Source: a virus. Taken from it: a DNA stretch of 64,000 bases. Positions 26,215 to 37,000 of the stretch are shown piece by piece. The stretch's first letter is position 1; each line of letters opens with the position of its first letter. The DNA lies in the IMG/VR virus record IMGVR_UViG_3300031537_000001, positions 29,293 to 93,292 of that record; one strand, written 5' to 3'. Under the pieces are notes generated by a model. The model was not told the DNA's origin. It saw only the letters and a program-made list of their open reading frames with translations, and made no database searches. Position numbers and translations under genes: made by a program.

Positions 26215-29200
26215 ATGTTTAAGAAAGAAAGATATATAGGAACAGGTATTGATCAGGATACTTCCCCAGATAAGAGAGGTAAAGATACTTTTTATGATTC
26301 CGAAAATATAAGAATTTTATATAATGGTAGAAATTTATCCATAAAACCTATTAAAGAATCAGGAGAGTATACTGATGATTTTGAAAATGGAGGAGTCGGT
26401 ATTTATAATATAGGTAGTATAGAAATTAAAAATAAGCTTTACATATTTGCTACTACTAATACATCTACTCCAGGAACCGGAGATCATTTTCTTATAAGAG
26501 TTAATGAGGATGGAAGTACTGATACAATGTATTCTGGATCTGCAACAGCAGATTGGGATTTTTCTACACAATACCCACTTGAATTAGTAGCTAATTATGA
26601 AAATGAAGATATAATTAAACTATATTGGACTGATGGATACAATCTTTTTAGGTTTATAAATGTAGCCCTTACTCCTTCAGGAACTCCAAAAATAAATATA
26701 GTAGAAGAGATTACTTTGAGTCAATTAGAACCTACTTTAGTAGCTGGCGGTAGTCTTAAAGCTGGAAATATTCAATATGCATATACTCTTTATAATTTAA
26801 ATGGTAGTGAATCTGTTTTATCTCCTTTTTCCAGAATGATGTCTGTTTCTCTTAATATGAAAGGTTATAATAGTAATCAATCTACCGGATTGTCTATGCA
26901 TTTATCAGCTACTATTGATACAGATTTTGAATATATTAGAGTTTACTCAATACATTTTTTAGAACTTAACCAAACTCCTGTAATAACATTAGTTCTGGAT
27001 GAACAAATTACTTCTAGTACATTTGTTTTTATTGATGATGGTAACTCAGTTGTTGCAGAATTAAGTGAGGCTGAACTATTTTCATTAGGTGGAAGACCTT
27101 TCATAGTAGGTACACTTGCTGCTAAACGTAATAGATTATTTATAGCTAATTACAGTATAAATAATTTTGATCCGGATATAGATATGAGGGCTTTCGGGTT
27201 TCCAATTTCAAGTGATATTTACTATGTAAAAAATTCTGGAGGATCTCCTACAGCCTACGATACTTCAACGGTATTTAATATGCCTCCGGAAACTGATGAT
27301 TGTATTAATCCTGATCCAGATACTTACATATATGCCAGAGGCACTTCTCCAGGGGTCGCTGGCCCTAATATCTCTATTTTTATAGCAGGTATAGATTTAT
27401 CCACATCTACTGATGGATTTAATACCCCTTCTTTAAAACGGGGGGAAATTTACAGGTTTGGAATAGTTTTCTTTAATAAGTACGGACAAAAGAGTCCTGT
27501 TAAATGGATAAGTGATATAAAAATATATCATCATCCGTTTGGAAGACATAGAATGATGATTCCTTATGTTGTATTAACTACAGCAGGTTCTGCTGCTGCT
27601 ATTGCAGCAGGATGTACTAATTACCAGTTAGTGATGGTTGAACGTAAAGTTTGGGATAGAACTATCATTGCTCAAGGGTTTTTAGTTCCTGCTACACAAT
27701 ATAAGGTTATAAGTTCTGGAACACCTTTAAGTCCATATTATCATCCTCATCATGCTGTTAAAGATATATGTACAGAATCCGGATTTAGTATGTTAAATCA
27801 TTTTCAATCTGATGTAGATTGGGATTCTACCAGTTTAAATGCTCCGGAAATTACAACTGCAACCTTATTTTTTTATTCTTCAGATACAATATTTGAAAGT
27901 CAACTTGATTCTGCTACTTCAGTAGTATGTATAGGAACAAATTATCCTGCTGCCAGTACTGATAATTCTACTGAATTTTTATATCTACAAGATGGAGTAA
28001 AATCGGCAACATATTCTGCTACTTATAATACTTTACAACTTACCGGATATCCTCCACCTGCCTCATTTGGAGCTACTTTTCTTTTTGATAAAGATACAGC
28101 TACTCATACTGCAATAACTAATTTTTTTACTACATTTATCAGGAATTATAATACTGCATCAGATGGTGTTACTCCGGGATCTACTCCTTTAGTATTATAT
28201 GAAGTAGATTTAGAAGAACCAAGTATGTTTTTAGCTAAAGGAGAAACAAAATTCTTTACGTCTACTCTAACGGTATCTAACGTTGTACAAATAAATAATC
28301 TTGTAGGTCCCGATGAAGGATCTTTTTATAGTAAATATTGTGGTTGTGCTGTTTTAAAATTTGCTACAACTGCCCCTAGATGGCATTCTTTAACTGTACT
28401 TAACAGTTGGGAAAAATTTAGTCCGCATGGAACTGATGCAAATCGTAGAATACCTATAGTAGATTTAAAACGAACACTTACTAATCAATATGGTGGTAAT
28501 ACTTACGAAGTTAAAAGACGAAATGAATACTCAATTTCAGGTGCAATTAGAACAATTGATACTACTCCTCATTTTGAAGTAATAGGAGATATTTACTTAG
28601 GTCCATTATCTGTTAATAGAGCAGATGGTGAAAATACAACTTCCATACATAAAAACTGGAATATTTATGAACATATTAAAGTAGATTATATAGAAAATAA
28701 TCATAATGTTTTCTGTAGAAGAGATAATATGTATTCCTGGTCTTCTGGTATCAGTGCAACAACTAATTACCGATATTTTAGAATTGATGATAATCATGCA
28801 TTGTTAGGGGCCTATAATCAAAAAGCCAATTTTATAAAAAATTTTGGAAAACCAGTTAACTTTAATTCAACCGATATTTTTAGAAATGTAGTTCAAGCAT
28901 CAAAAGAAAAATTTCCTAATGAAATGATTGATTCCTGGACTAAATTTCCAGTAAATGAAAATAGATATTTAGAAGGAATTTATGGTAGTATTACTAAACT
29001 ATACAATTTTAAAGGAGAAATATATGCTTTTCAAGAAAAAGGAGTATGTGTACTTTCAATTAATCCTAGAATTCAAACTCAAGCTACAGACGGAGTAAAT
29101 ATTGAACTTGGTATCGGAGCCGTGTTATATGATCATAGATATCTAAATACTAACAATGGGGCTACTAATAAATTTGCTATTATCGATGATAATAAAAACT

Positions 29201-29850
29201 TATTTTTCTATGATCCTGTTTTTAAATGTATAACTGCATTAGAAGATACCAATCTTACAAATTCTCTTGGTGTTAGAAATATAGTGGCAAATCTTGATCA
29301 TGGTGTTCTCAAAACTCTGTTTGATAAATTTAAAAATGAAGTTTATTTTGTTTTTAATACCTATTCTTTAATTTATAATACCGATTTACAAAAATTCACA
29401 TCAAGATTTATACATGATACGGGTTTTGATGGGATGTATATGACATTTGGTAATAAAGTCTTATATAAAAAGTTAGGAGATGAAATACAACAACGAGAAA
29501 TTGCTGCAACTTATAAAGCTTCATTAATTACTTATCTATTTAATCCGGAGCCAGGCTTTGATAAAATATTTCATAATTTAGAATTTAGACATTACGGTAA
29601 AGATTTTGATCAGATACGTGTTTATGGACAGATTACTGCTAATGTAGCAGAAGTATTGTTATCCGGTAAAATCTATAACAAGTTTAATATAAAAAGAATT
29701 CATATTCCAAGGATATTAGAAGGTCATACAACATTAGCGACAAGAGAAAGATACAGAGAGATGTATTTAATGGTACAATTATCTACTTTTGCCGGGAGTA
29801 CTGACTATAATTTAGATGATATGGTTATAATGTATAATATAAAAGGTTAA
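26215..29850 (+). CDS. tail stabilization / muzzle protein (P22 gp10-like, beta-rich)
   Basis: GIDQDTSP, KLYWTDGYN, LKAGNIQYAY, SLKRGEIYRFGIVF, DSWTKF, DKIFHNLE; 1211 aa. Confidence 0.8.
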   Translation: MFKKERYIGTGIDQDTSPDKRGKDTFYDSENIRILYNGRNLSIKPIKESGEYTDDFENGGVGIYNIGSIEIKNKLYIFATTNTSTPGTGDHFLIRVNEDGSTDTMYSGSATADWDFSTQYPLELVANYENEDIIKLYWTDGYNLFRFINVALTPSGTPKINIVEEITLSQLEPTLVAGGSLKAGNIQYAYTLYNLNGSESVLSPFSRMMSVSLNMKGYNSNQSTGLSMHLSATIDTDFEYIRVYSIHFLELNQTPVITLVLDEQITSSTFVFIDDGNSVVAELSEAELFSLGGRPFIVGTLAAKRNRLFIANYSINNFDPDIDMRAFGFPISSDIYYVKNSGGSPTAYDTSTVFNMPPETDDCINPDPDTYIYARGTSPGVAGPNISIFIAGIDLSTSTDGFNTPSLKRGEIYRFGIVFFNKYGQKSPVKWISDIKIYHHPFGRHRMMIPYVVLTTAGSAAAIAAGCTNYQLVMVERKVWDRTIIAQGFLVPATQYKVISSGTPLSPYYHPHHAVKDICTESGFSMLNHFQSDVDWDSTSLNAPEITTATLFFYSSDTIFESQLDSATSVVCIGTNYPAASTDNSTEFLYLQDGVKSATYSATYNTLQLTGYPPPASFGATFLFDKDTATHTAITNFFTTFIRNYNTASDGVTPGSTPLVLYEVDLEEPSMFLAKGETKFFTSTLTVSNVVQINNLVGPDEGSFYSKYCGCAVLKFATTAPRWHSLTVLNSWEKFSPHGTDANRRIPIVDLKRTLTNQYGGNTYEVKRRNEYSISGAIRTIDTTPHFEVIGDIYLGPLSVNRADGENTTSIHKNWNIYEHIKVDYIENNHNVFCRRDNMYSWSSGISATTNYRYFRIDDNHALLGAYNQKANFIKNFGKPVNFNSTDIFRNVVQASKEKFPNEMIDSWTKFPVNENRYLEGIYGSITKLYNFKGEIYAFQEKGVCVLSINPRIQTQATDGVNIELGIGAVLYDHRYLNTNNGATNKFAIIDDNKNLFFYDPVFKCITALEDTNLTNSLGVRNIVANLDHGVLKTLFDKFKNEVYFVFNTYSLIYNTDLQKFTSRFIHDTGFDGMYMTFGNKVLYKKLGDEIQQREIAATYKASLITYLFNPEPGFDKIFHNLEFRHYGKDFDQIRVYGQITANVAEVLLSGKIYNKFNIKRIHIPRILEGHTTLATRERYREMYLMVQLSTFAGSTDYNLDDMVIMYNIKG

Positions 29851-29856
29851 AACAAA

Positions 29857-31008
29857 ATGGCTAAGAAGAAAAATTGGATACAAGAGGCAGTAAACCCAGC
29901 TCATAAAGGATACTGTACTCCAATAACAAAATCAACATGTACGGGACATAGAAAAGCATTTGCTTTAACAATGAAAAAGAAACATGGATTCCATGCTTTT
30001 GGAGGTTTGATAGGTCTTCCTGAAGGAGAACCAGGTTTAAATGCACCACCTATATATACACCTTCTGATAAAACACAATGGTTTCCAGAAAGTGCAGCAT
30101 TAAGTAAATATAAAACTTTAATAAGTCAAGGTAAAGCAAAAGATGCTGATAATCTTATATTTGGTTACTATTCTAATGAACCTTATGGACCCTATAAAGA
30201 AGGAACTCATTCTGAATATGAAAAAAAAGGTAGAATAAAACCAATAAGAGCTAATGATCTACGTAATTTAGATACAAAACAATATAAACCTCCTAGCGAT
30301 TATGGTGCTTTAATGGAAACTTTAGGTAAAACAAAATTTGATCAAAATCCTGGAGCTAATTATCAAAATTTAACTGTTAAAATGGTTAAAGGAGGTCTTG
30401 TAAATCCACTTGTTAATATGTATGATTTAGGTGGTGAAGTAAGACCAGGACAAGAAAGTTTTATAAATAATAATATAAATGGTATATCCTCTGTTGCCGG
30501 AACGGTAGGTCAAGGATTACAGAATTCAGGATCTGCTGCTGGTACAATTGCTGGAGGAGCTTTAAAAGGAGCTGCAATGGGTACTGCTGCATTACCTGCA
30601 TTACCTGGAGTAGGAGCAGTTATAGGAGGTGTTGTAGGATTAGTAGGTGGAATATTTACTAATAAAAAACGTAAAGAAGAAGAAGAAAGACTTAAAAGAG
30701 AAGCTCATCAAAAACAAGTATTAACAAATATGGCTTCAATGCCTACACCATCCGGAGGTATTGTTCCAGGTGTAGCTAATCCTTATATGTTAAAATGTGG
30801 AGGTTTAGCAAAGGCTGCTGGAGGTTTGTTAAGTCCTAATTTACTCGAAACTTATGATTCAGGAGGTTTACATGAAACAAATCCTTATGGAGGTATACCA
30901 ATTGGAGTAGGTAAAAATTCTAAAATGAATACAGTAGAGCAAGGTGAAGCAGCTTTTAATTTCAAAGATGGAAAATATATATTCAGTAATCGTTTAAAAA
31001 TAAACTAA
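29857..31008 (+). CDS. virion cargo/ejection protein with glycine-zipper transmembrane segment
   Basis: Basic N-terminal peptide, repeated xxGG motifs, GAVIGGVVGLVGGIF TM segment, C-terminal GGLHE..GG..VEQGE..YIFSNRL. Confidence 0.7.
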   Translation: MAKKKNWIQEAVNPAHKGYCTPITKSTCTGHRKAFALTMKKKHGFHAFGGLIGLPEGEPGLNAPPIYTPSDKTQWFPESAALSKYKTLISQGKAKDADNLIFGYYSNEPYGPYKEGTHSEYEKKGRIKPIRANDLRNLDTKQYKPPSDYGALMETLGKTKFDQNPGANYQNLTVKMVKGGLVNPLVNMYDLGGEVRPGQESFINNNINGISSVAGTVGQGLQNSGSAAGTIAGGALKGAAMGTAALPALPGVGAVIGGVVGLVGGIFTNKKRKEEEERLKREAHQKQVLTNMASMPTPSGGIVPGVANPYMLKCGGLAKAAGGLLSPNLLETYDSGGLHETNPYGGIPIGVGKNSKMNTVEQGEAAFNFKDGKYIFSNRLKIN

Positions 31009-32006
31009 TGGACTACAAAACAGAATTCGGATTACCAAAAGCTATAAAAGGTAAAACATTTGCTGAAGCAGCTAAATATATAGAAAAATTATTTGAGGGC
31101 AGAAATTCTAAAATTGATAATGATACTAAAGGTATTCTTATGCAACGATTAAGAAATTTACAAGAATCAAAAAAAGAAAAGAAGCAACAACAAGTACCTG
31201 CTAACCAATTTCAATTAGGTGGAGAACCTACCTATCCAGGTCAGGGAGTAATCCAAGCTAATCCTAATATCAATCAACAAGTTCCTGTAAATGCTTCTCT
31301 AGGGTTACCAAATACTAATATTTCTGATATAAATGCTAATGCATTTACCTGGCCTATAGATCAAACACCCAAAGTCTCAAATACATCAAATGGATCAACT
31401 TCCTGGTGGGATAGAAATAAATCTTTGGTAGGTGATGTAGCATCCTATGGATTAATGGCTTCTCCTATTATAGGGAATATGATGGCTATGAAAAATTTAT
31501 CTAAACCGGAAACAGTTAGTGCTGGAAATATTAAAACCTCATTAACTCCTCAACTTGTAAACAGACAACAAATAGAAAGAAATCTTGTTCGACAATTGGC
31601 AGGTAATAGACAAGCATTACAATCTGTATCCTCTGGAGATTTTGGACAGTATGCTGCTAATCTTCAATCATTACATTCAAGTTCAGCTTCGGCGTTAGGT
31701 ACAGTTAATTTACAAGCTGATATGGCTGATGCACAAGAACGAGCACGAGTAGAAGAAGGAAACATAGGTATTCAACAATTTAATATAAATCAGCAACAAA
31801 GATCTTCTGAAATAAATGCTCAGAATCAAGCTGCATACGATGCTCAAAAATTAGCATTACAACAAGGTATGTATCAAAATATATCTAATGTAGGACAAAG
31901 TTTATTTAATTATAAACAAGCTCAAAAATATGCTGATGCACAAAGTAGAGCTATGATGTTCTTAGCTTTAAATAAAACAAATCCACAACAAGAAATACAG
32001 AAATAA
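31008..32006 (+). CDS. virion cargo/ejection protein (Q/N/A-rich coiled coil)
   Basis: TAATG-coupled to the previous gene; KTFAEAAK N-terminus; no Cys. Confidence 0.7.
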   Translation: MDYKTEFGLPKAIKGKTFAEAAKYIEKLFEGRNSKIDNDTKGILMQRLRNLQESKKEKKQQQVPANQFQLGGEPTYPGQGVIQANPNINQQVPVNASLGLPNTNISDINANAFTWPIDQTPKVSNTSNGSTSWWDRNKSLVGDVASYGLMASPIIGNMMAMKNLSKPETVSAGNIKTSLTPQLVNRQQIERNLVRQLAGNRQALQSVSSGDFGQYAANLQSLHSSSASALGTVNLQADMADAQERARVEEGNIGIQQFNINQQQRSSEINAQNQAAYDAQKLALQQGMYQNISNVGQSLFNYKQAQKYADAQSRAMMFLALNKTNPQQEIQK

Positions 32007-32007
32007 A

Positions 32008-34059
32008 ATGAATAGATATTCTCCTATAGTTCAACCAACGATAGTTAATCCTATCTCATTTGAAGAGTTTGCAAGAGTTCCTTTAGCTGAAGCTAATGCC
32101 AAAGCAGCAGGATTATATTCAACTCAAATGATAGATACTGAATATGATGTAGATGAGAAAGATTTACTTACTGCTGATAATCTTATAAAAACTGTTACAA
32201 AAGAAAAAGATTCTTTGGTTAATAATATTTTAGATGAAGGGGTAACAAATCAAACTATTAATAAATTTCTTAAAGTAAAAAAGACCCGTGATAAAGTATA
32301 TAAAGATTTTCTTACTGTAGCTCAAGAGAATAAAAAGAAGATAGCTTTATGGAGATCTACTTTAGATGCCATGTCTATAAATGGTAAAAGAACTCCCCAA
32401 TTTACTAATCTGGTAAAAGAGACTGAATATAACAAATGGGATGGTACAATAAATGAAGATGGTTCTACAAAAGAATTTAATCCTTACTATGGTCCTGAAG
32501 AGATAAATACTGACCAGGATATTATTAATACCTTACAAAATATTAAAACTACTTATAAAGGTAAACAGGTATTAAAGAATCTATCTTTTAAAGGGTATGA
32601 TAAGTATGGTAAAGTGGTTATGACTGATGAACAAGGAGAATATGTATATGATAATACAGGAGAGATTACTGCTGCTATTGATATGTTATTCAAAGACTAT
32701 AAAGACCCTGAAACTGTTAGAGGAGCTTTTGCAGATTATACCAAATTGGATGAGAAAGATCTTTTTGAAAAACTGAATTATTATAAAGATATTTTTACTG
32801 AAAAAGATGTTAAACCTTATGGTGGAGGTACTCATTTATTTGATGCGCCAATGGCTAATGATGGAGGAGGAAAAAATCCTAATCCATTTAATTCTATAAC
32901 TCCTACCGGACTTACTACTGGAGCTGATGTAAAAATCCCTACAGGATTTGATCTAAGTAAATCTGGAGCTTGGTTAGAAACTGTAAATAAAGAGATGGAA
33001 AAATCACAATCTAAATCAATGGATAAGACTTTTGATGATTTATTGGATGCTGTCTTTGGAACTGAAACAGATGATCCCAATGCTCCTCATCCATTTAAAG
33101 AAGGTCCGTCAATAGGAAATAAAGAAAAACCTGGATGGTTTCAAAGAAATTTTAAAATCTTTGCAGCCGCAGGAGATGTAATTCTTATGGGTACTATATC
33201 AAATCTGGCTAAAAATTTAGAACCTTTAATATCAGCTAAAAATGTTTCTGATAAAAATAAACTAAAAGTTATTTCCTACTTTTCCGGAGCCTATAATAAA
33301 CTTGAAGAAGATAATGTAATCTCTAAGGAAGATAAATTAAATATGTTGAAAGGAGATAAAGTTACTATAAATAGAGTTTATGGAGATATAGTAGATCATG
33401 TAAGTGATTTAGCTGATACAAAAGGAGGTTTGTATGATATTTATCAAGGAGATAATTTAAGGCAAATGCTTGGAAAGGATACAAAAACTCCAGTAGAAGA
33501 TATTACAAAGGATGTAAAAGATAATATATTTTCATTGACTGTTACTGACTTAGAAACCAGAGGTAAAGATTTTACAAAAGATAAAAAAGAACTCTGGAAA
33601 ATGATGAAAGATGGGGAGTTAACAGTAAGAGGTGTACTACCTGCCGGATCTCCTTTAACTACTGATAAGAATGGTAAGTATAGAAAAGAACTTTCTCAAG
33701 CCTATGTATTAACAGATAAAGATGGAAAGGAATATTTGGCAAGTAGATTGTGGGAGCCACGCGAAGGAGGTGAAATAGGGAATGAATTTAGAATAAATCA
33801 AGATCTTGAAAAATACCTTGTATCATTAAAATTTGATATTCAATATCCTATAGCAGTTGTTGGACAAGACAATCAACAAATACGAACTTTTGTTTACAGA
33901 GATTCTGGAGATGGCCATATAAAATTAGGAGTAGGAGATACTAATGGAAAACCTATTGATTTATATAATCAGCCATCTGCCTGGGGATATATTATACCTC
34001 CAAAGAATGTAGATAAAGCTATACAAGCTGGTGAATTTGGACTTCAAACAAAGAAATAA
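32008..34059 (+). CDS. virion cargo/ejection protein
   Basis: 683 aa with no Cys; lies in the cargo cluster. Confidence 0.65.
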   Translation: MNRYSPIVQPTIVNPISFEEFARVPLAEANAKAAGLYSTQMIDTEYDVDEKDLLTADNLIKTVTKEKDSLVNNILDEGVTNQTINKFLKVKKTRDKVYKDFLTVAQENKKKIALWRSTLDAMSINGKRTPQFTNLVKETEYNKWDGTINEDGSTKEFNPYYGPEEINTDQDIINTLQNIKTTYKGKQVLKNLSFKGYDKYGKVVMTDEQGEYVYDNTGEITAAIDMLFKDYKDPETVRGAFADYTKLDEKDLFEKLNYYKDIFTEKDVKPYGGGTHLFDAPMANDGGGKNPNPFNSITPTGLTTGADVKIPTGFDLSKSGAWLETVNKEMEKSQSKSMDKTFDDLLDAVFGTETDDPNAPHPFKEGPSIGNKEKPGWFQRNFKIFAAAGDVILMGTISNLAKNLEPLISAKNVSDKNKLKVISYFSGAYNKLEEDNVISKEDKLNMLKGDKVTINRVYGDIVDHVSDLADTKGGLYDIYQGDNLRQMLGKDTKTPVEDITKDVKDNIFSLTVTDLETRGKDFTKDKKELWKMMKDGELTVRGVLPAGSPLTTDKNGKYRKELSQAYVLTDKDGKEYLASRLWEPREGGEIGNEFRINQDLEKYLVSLKFDIQYPIAVVGQDNQQIRTFVYRDSGDGHIKLGVGDTNGKPIDLYNQPSAWGYIIPPKNVDKAIQAGEFGLQTKK

Positions 34060-34060
34060 G

Positions 34061-37000
34061 ATGGCTGTAACCGAACTTAAAGATACTGGAAATGGTGAGA
34101 GTAAAAAATATCTTACTGATAACTACAAAACTGAACAATTTACTGATGATAAAGGTATTGAATATTCTCCTGTAAAATTTCAAGGAGATGAAGAATCAGG
34201 ATTTACTTATAAACCTAGAGGGAATGTTGCTACTTTACCCGGAAGAAATCCTGTATTTATGGGTTCTACTTCTCCAAGATTTGCTATACCTTCTAAAGAT
34301 TGGAGTTTATGGGATGCTGGGTTTACCGGAGATAATATACAGGATTTAGAACGATTCAGGGCTGAACAACAACCCTGGATAGTTAAAGCCGGATATACAA
34401 TCGGAGGAGGTGCATTGTCAGGTTTAGGTACTATAATAGAGGATGCCGGATATTTAATGGATTATATGACTTATGTTAATATGTTTACTGATATTGATAT
34501 GCATAGTCAAAAATCCATGAATTTATTTAGAGCTTTACCTTCCGCTTATCAACAAATGGGACGCGGCTTAAAAAAGTCTACAGAGAAAAATGTAATGCCT
34601 GTATATCAAAATTTGGATCCAAATAGTTTTTCAGATCAAGTGTTTCAGTGGAATACACTTAAAACTATTATTGATAATGCAGTCGGATTTGCTGTAACCG
34701 GTTGGGGTATTGGTCAAGTAGTTAATGTTGCTGGTAAAGGTATTGTAAAGGGGCTTACTAAAATAGGTAAAAATTTAGCTAAAGTTGCAGAAACTCCTGC
34801 GGTATTAAGCGAATTATCTATAGCTGACAGAGTTGCTATAAAATTATCCAGAACTGAAGCTTATGCAAAATTATTATCACAGCGGAATCCAGAACTATTT
34901 TCTACTATGGATGCTACTTTTACAGGTATCTTTACTAAATCGGTAGAAGGTAGAATGGAAGGAATGGAAGCTTATGAAAACTATTTAGAACAGTATAAAC
35001 CATTAGTCCAAAATGGAGTAATTACACAAGAAGAATTGGAACAAATGGCTAGTAAAGAGGCTGGAGATGTATTTGATGTAACTCAAAGACTATTTGCATT
35101 AGATGCCATGATATTAAAAGGTTTAGCTAAAGGTAAAGTAATAACTTCTAAAAAGTTAGCTAATCCTAATTTCTTTAGACGAAATGCTCATATTTTATCA
35201 GGTATTCCTAAAGAAAGTACTGAAGAAGCTATACAACAAATAGCTCAAATGGAAGGAGAGTATGGTCTACTTCAACAGACTAAAAATCTTCAACCAGGGA
35301 ACTATAATAAAATGAAAGAACTAGGATTTGATCCTGATGAATTACTTGAAAGATATTCAGAAAGATTAGCTGAATATCTATTATCTAATGAAGTCCTTGT
35401 TGCCGCCAGTATTGGAGGTATAAGTGGACCGATTCAATCTGCTGCATTTAGTATGTTTGATAGGAAATCCCGGATTAAAAATATTCAAGATGCTTATAAA
35501 GATCAACAGGAACAATATAAAACTAATGATAAACTGTTTAAGGCTACTGTTGAATTTAAAGAAAAAGCAAAACAATTAAAATTAACTGATGATATGGAAG
35601 AAGTATCTCAACTTCTTGGAGATAAAGAATTACAGAGTATTAAAGAAGATGCTACTCTAGCAGGTATTGCTTTAGATAATTTTAGAAAAGGTACTTCGGA
35701 CAACTTGAAACAAACTTTAAAGGAATCAAAAGACCCAGAGGTCAGTAAGTTATTACCCAAATTAGAAAATCTTGAAAAAGATTATATATCTTCTAAAAAA
35801 TATATAAATGCAGATAGAGTATTTCAATTACAAAATGGTGTACGTCTATTACAAGAACTATTAGATAACAACAGATTAAAAAGTAATGATGTAAAACTTG
35901 ATGAAAAAACCAGAACAAGTTATATAAAATCAGCTAATGAACTTGAAAATATTATTGCTAAAGCTAATGAAACTATTGATAAAGAAACTACAAAAGATTA
36001 CCAGATAAAATTAGCTGAATCAGTAATACAAATGGAAAAAATTAATAAACTTGTTAATAGTATAGCAAAGGTTGAAGATATTTCTGCATTAAATACTCTA
36101 AAGACCTTAAATCCTAATTTATCTGATGTAATAGATGATAGAATAGATCAAATTAGATCTACAGCTAATTTATCTAAAACAACAAATACAGAAGATACTA
36201 AACAAAATATACAGACAAAGACAAGAAAATCTACTCCTGATAATTCTACTATAGAAGGTAAGTTGGATATAATAACTTCTAAAATTGCAAACAGTGTAGA
36301 ACTTACTGAAGAAGAAATAAAGTTACAAAAAGAGAATATTGAAACTATAAAAGATAAACTTTCGAATCTACATATGCAGGAAGAAACTTCTGAGAATGAT
36401 GTTGTGGATAATGAAGGTACAGCATATACAGAAAGTTCAGGTATTGAAGTTAAGAATAAACGTGATTTTGATAATGTTGTTAAACCGGTTATTACTGAAT
36501 TATATAAAAATCTATCGGAAAATAAAGATTTTAATCTGAATTACAATGATGTAGAAGATGAATTATATAATTACTATCTTAATATAGTGGATACTGTAGA
36601 AGATGTTAATCAATTAAATGATGAATTAACAGCTAAAGCTGAACAATTATACAAAGAACACGATAAAACTTCGCGATTAAAAGATGAAATCGAAATTGAA
36701 GCTGAAGAAGAAATAGATGCAAATAAAAGTAATGAATTCTTATTCTCAAAATCAGCTAATAAATTAGTAGAATTGTTAAACCTTGATAAAGATCTATCTT
36801 CAGAACTAACTGAAGATATTATCAGTCCTGAACAACAAGCTGAAAATGATGCTAAAGCTAAAGTAGGAAAACAGATTTTAGATACTTTCAAATCTATGTG
36901 GAAAGAAATGATTCAAGCTGGAATTGAAGTAGAAGATTTCTCTACTTTTATACAAGCTTTTCAAGCTGCTGTAAAAGATCCAATTGTAGTCAGGGAATGG

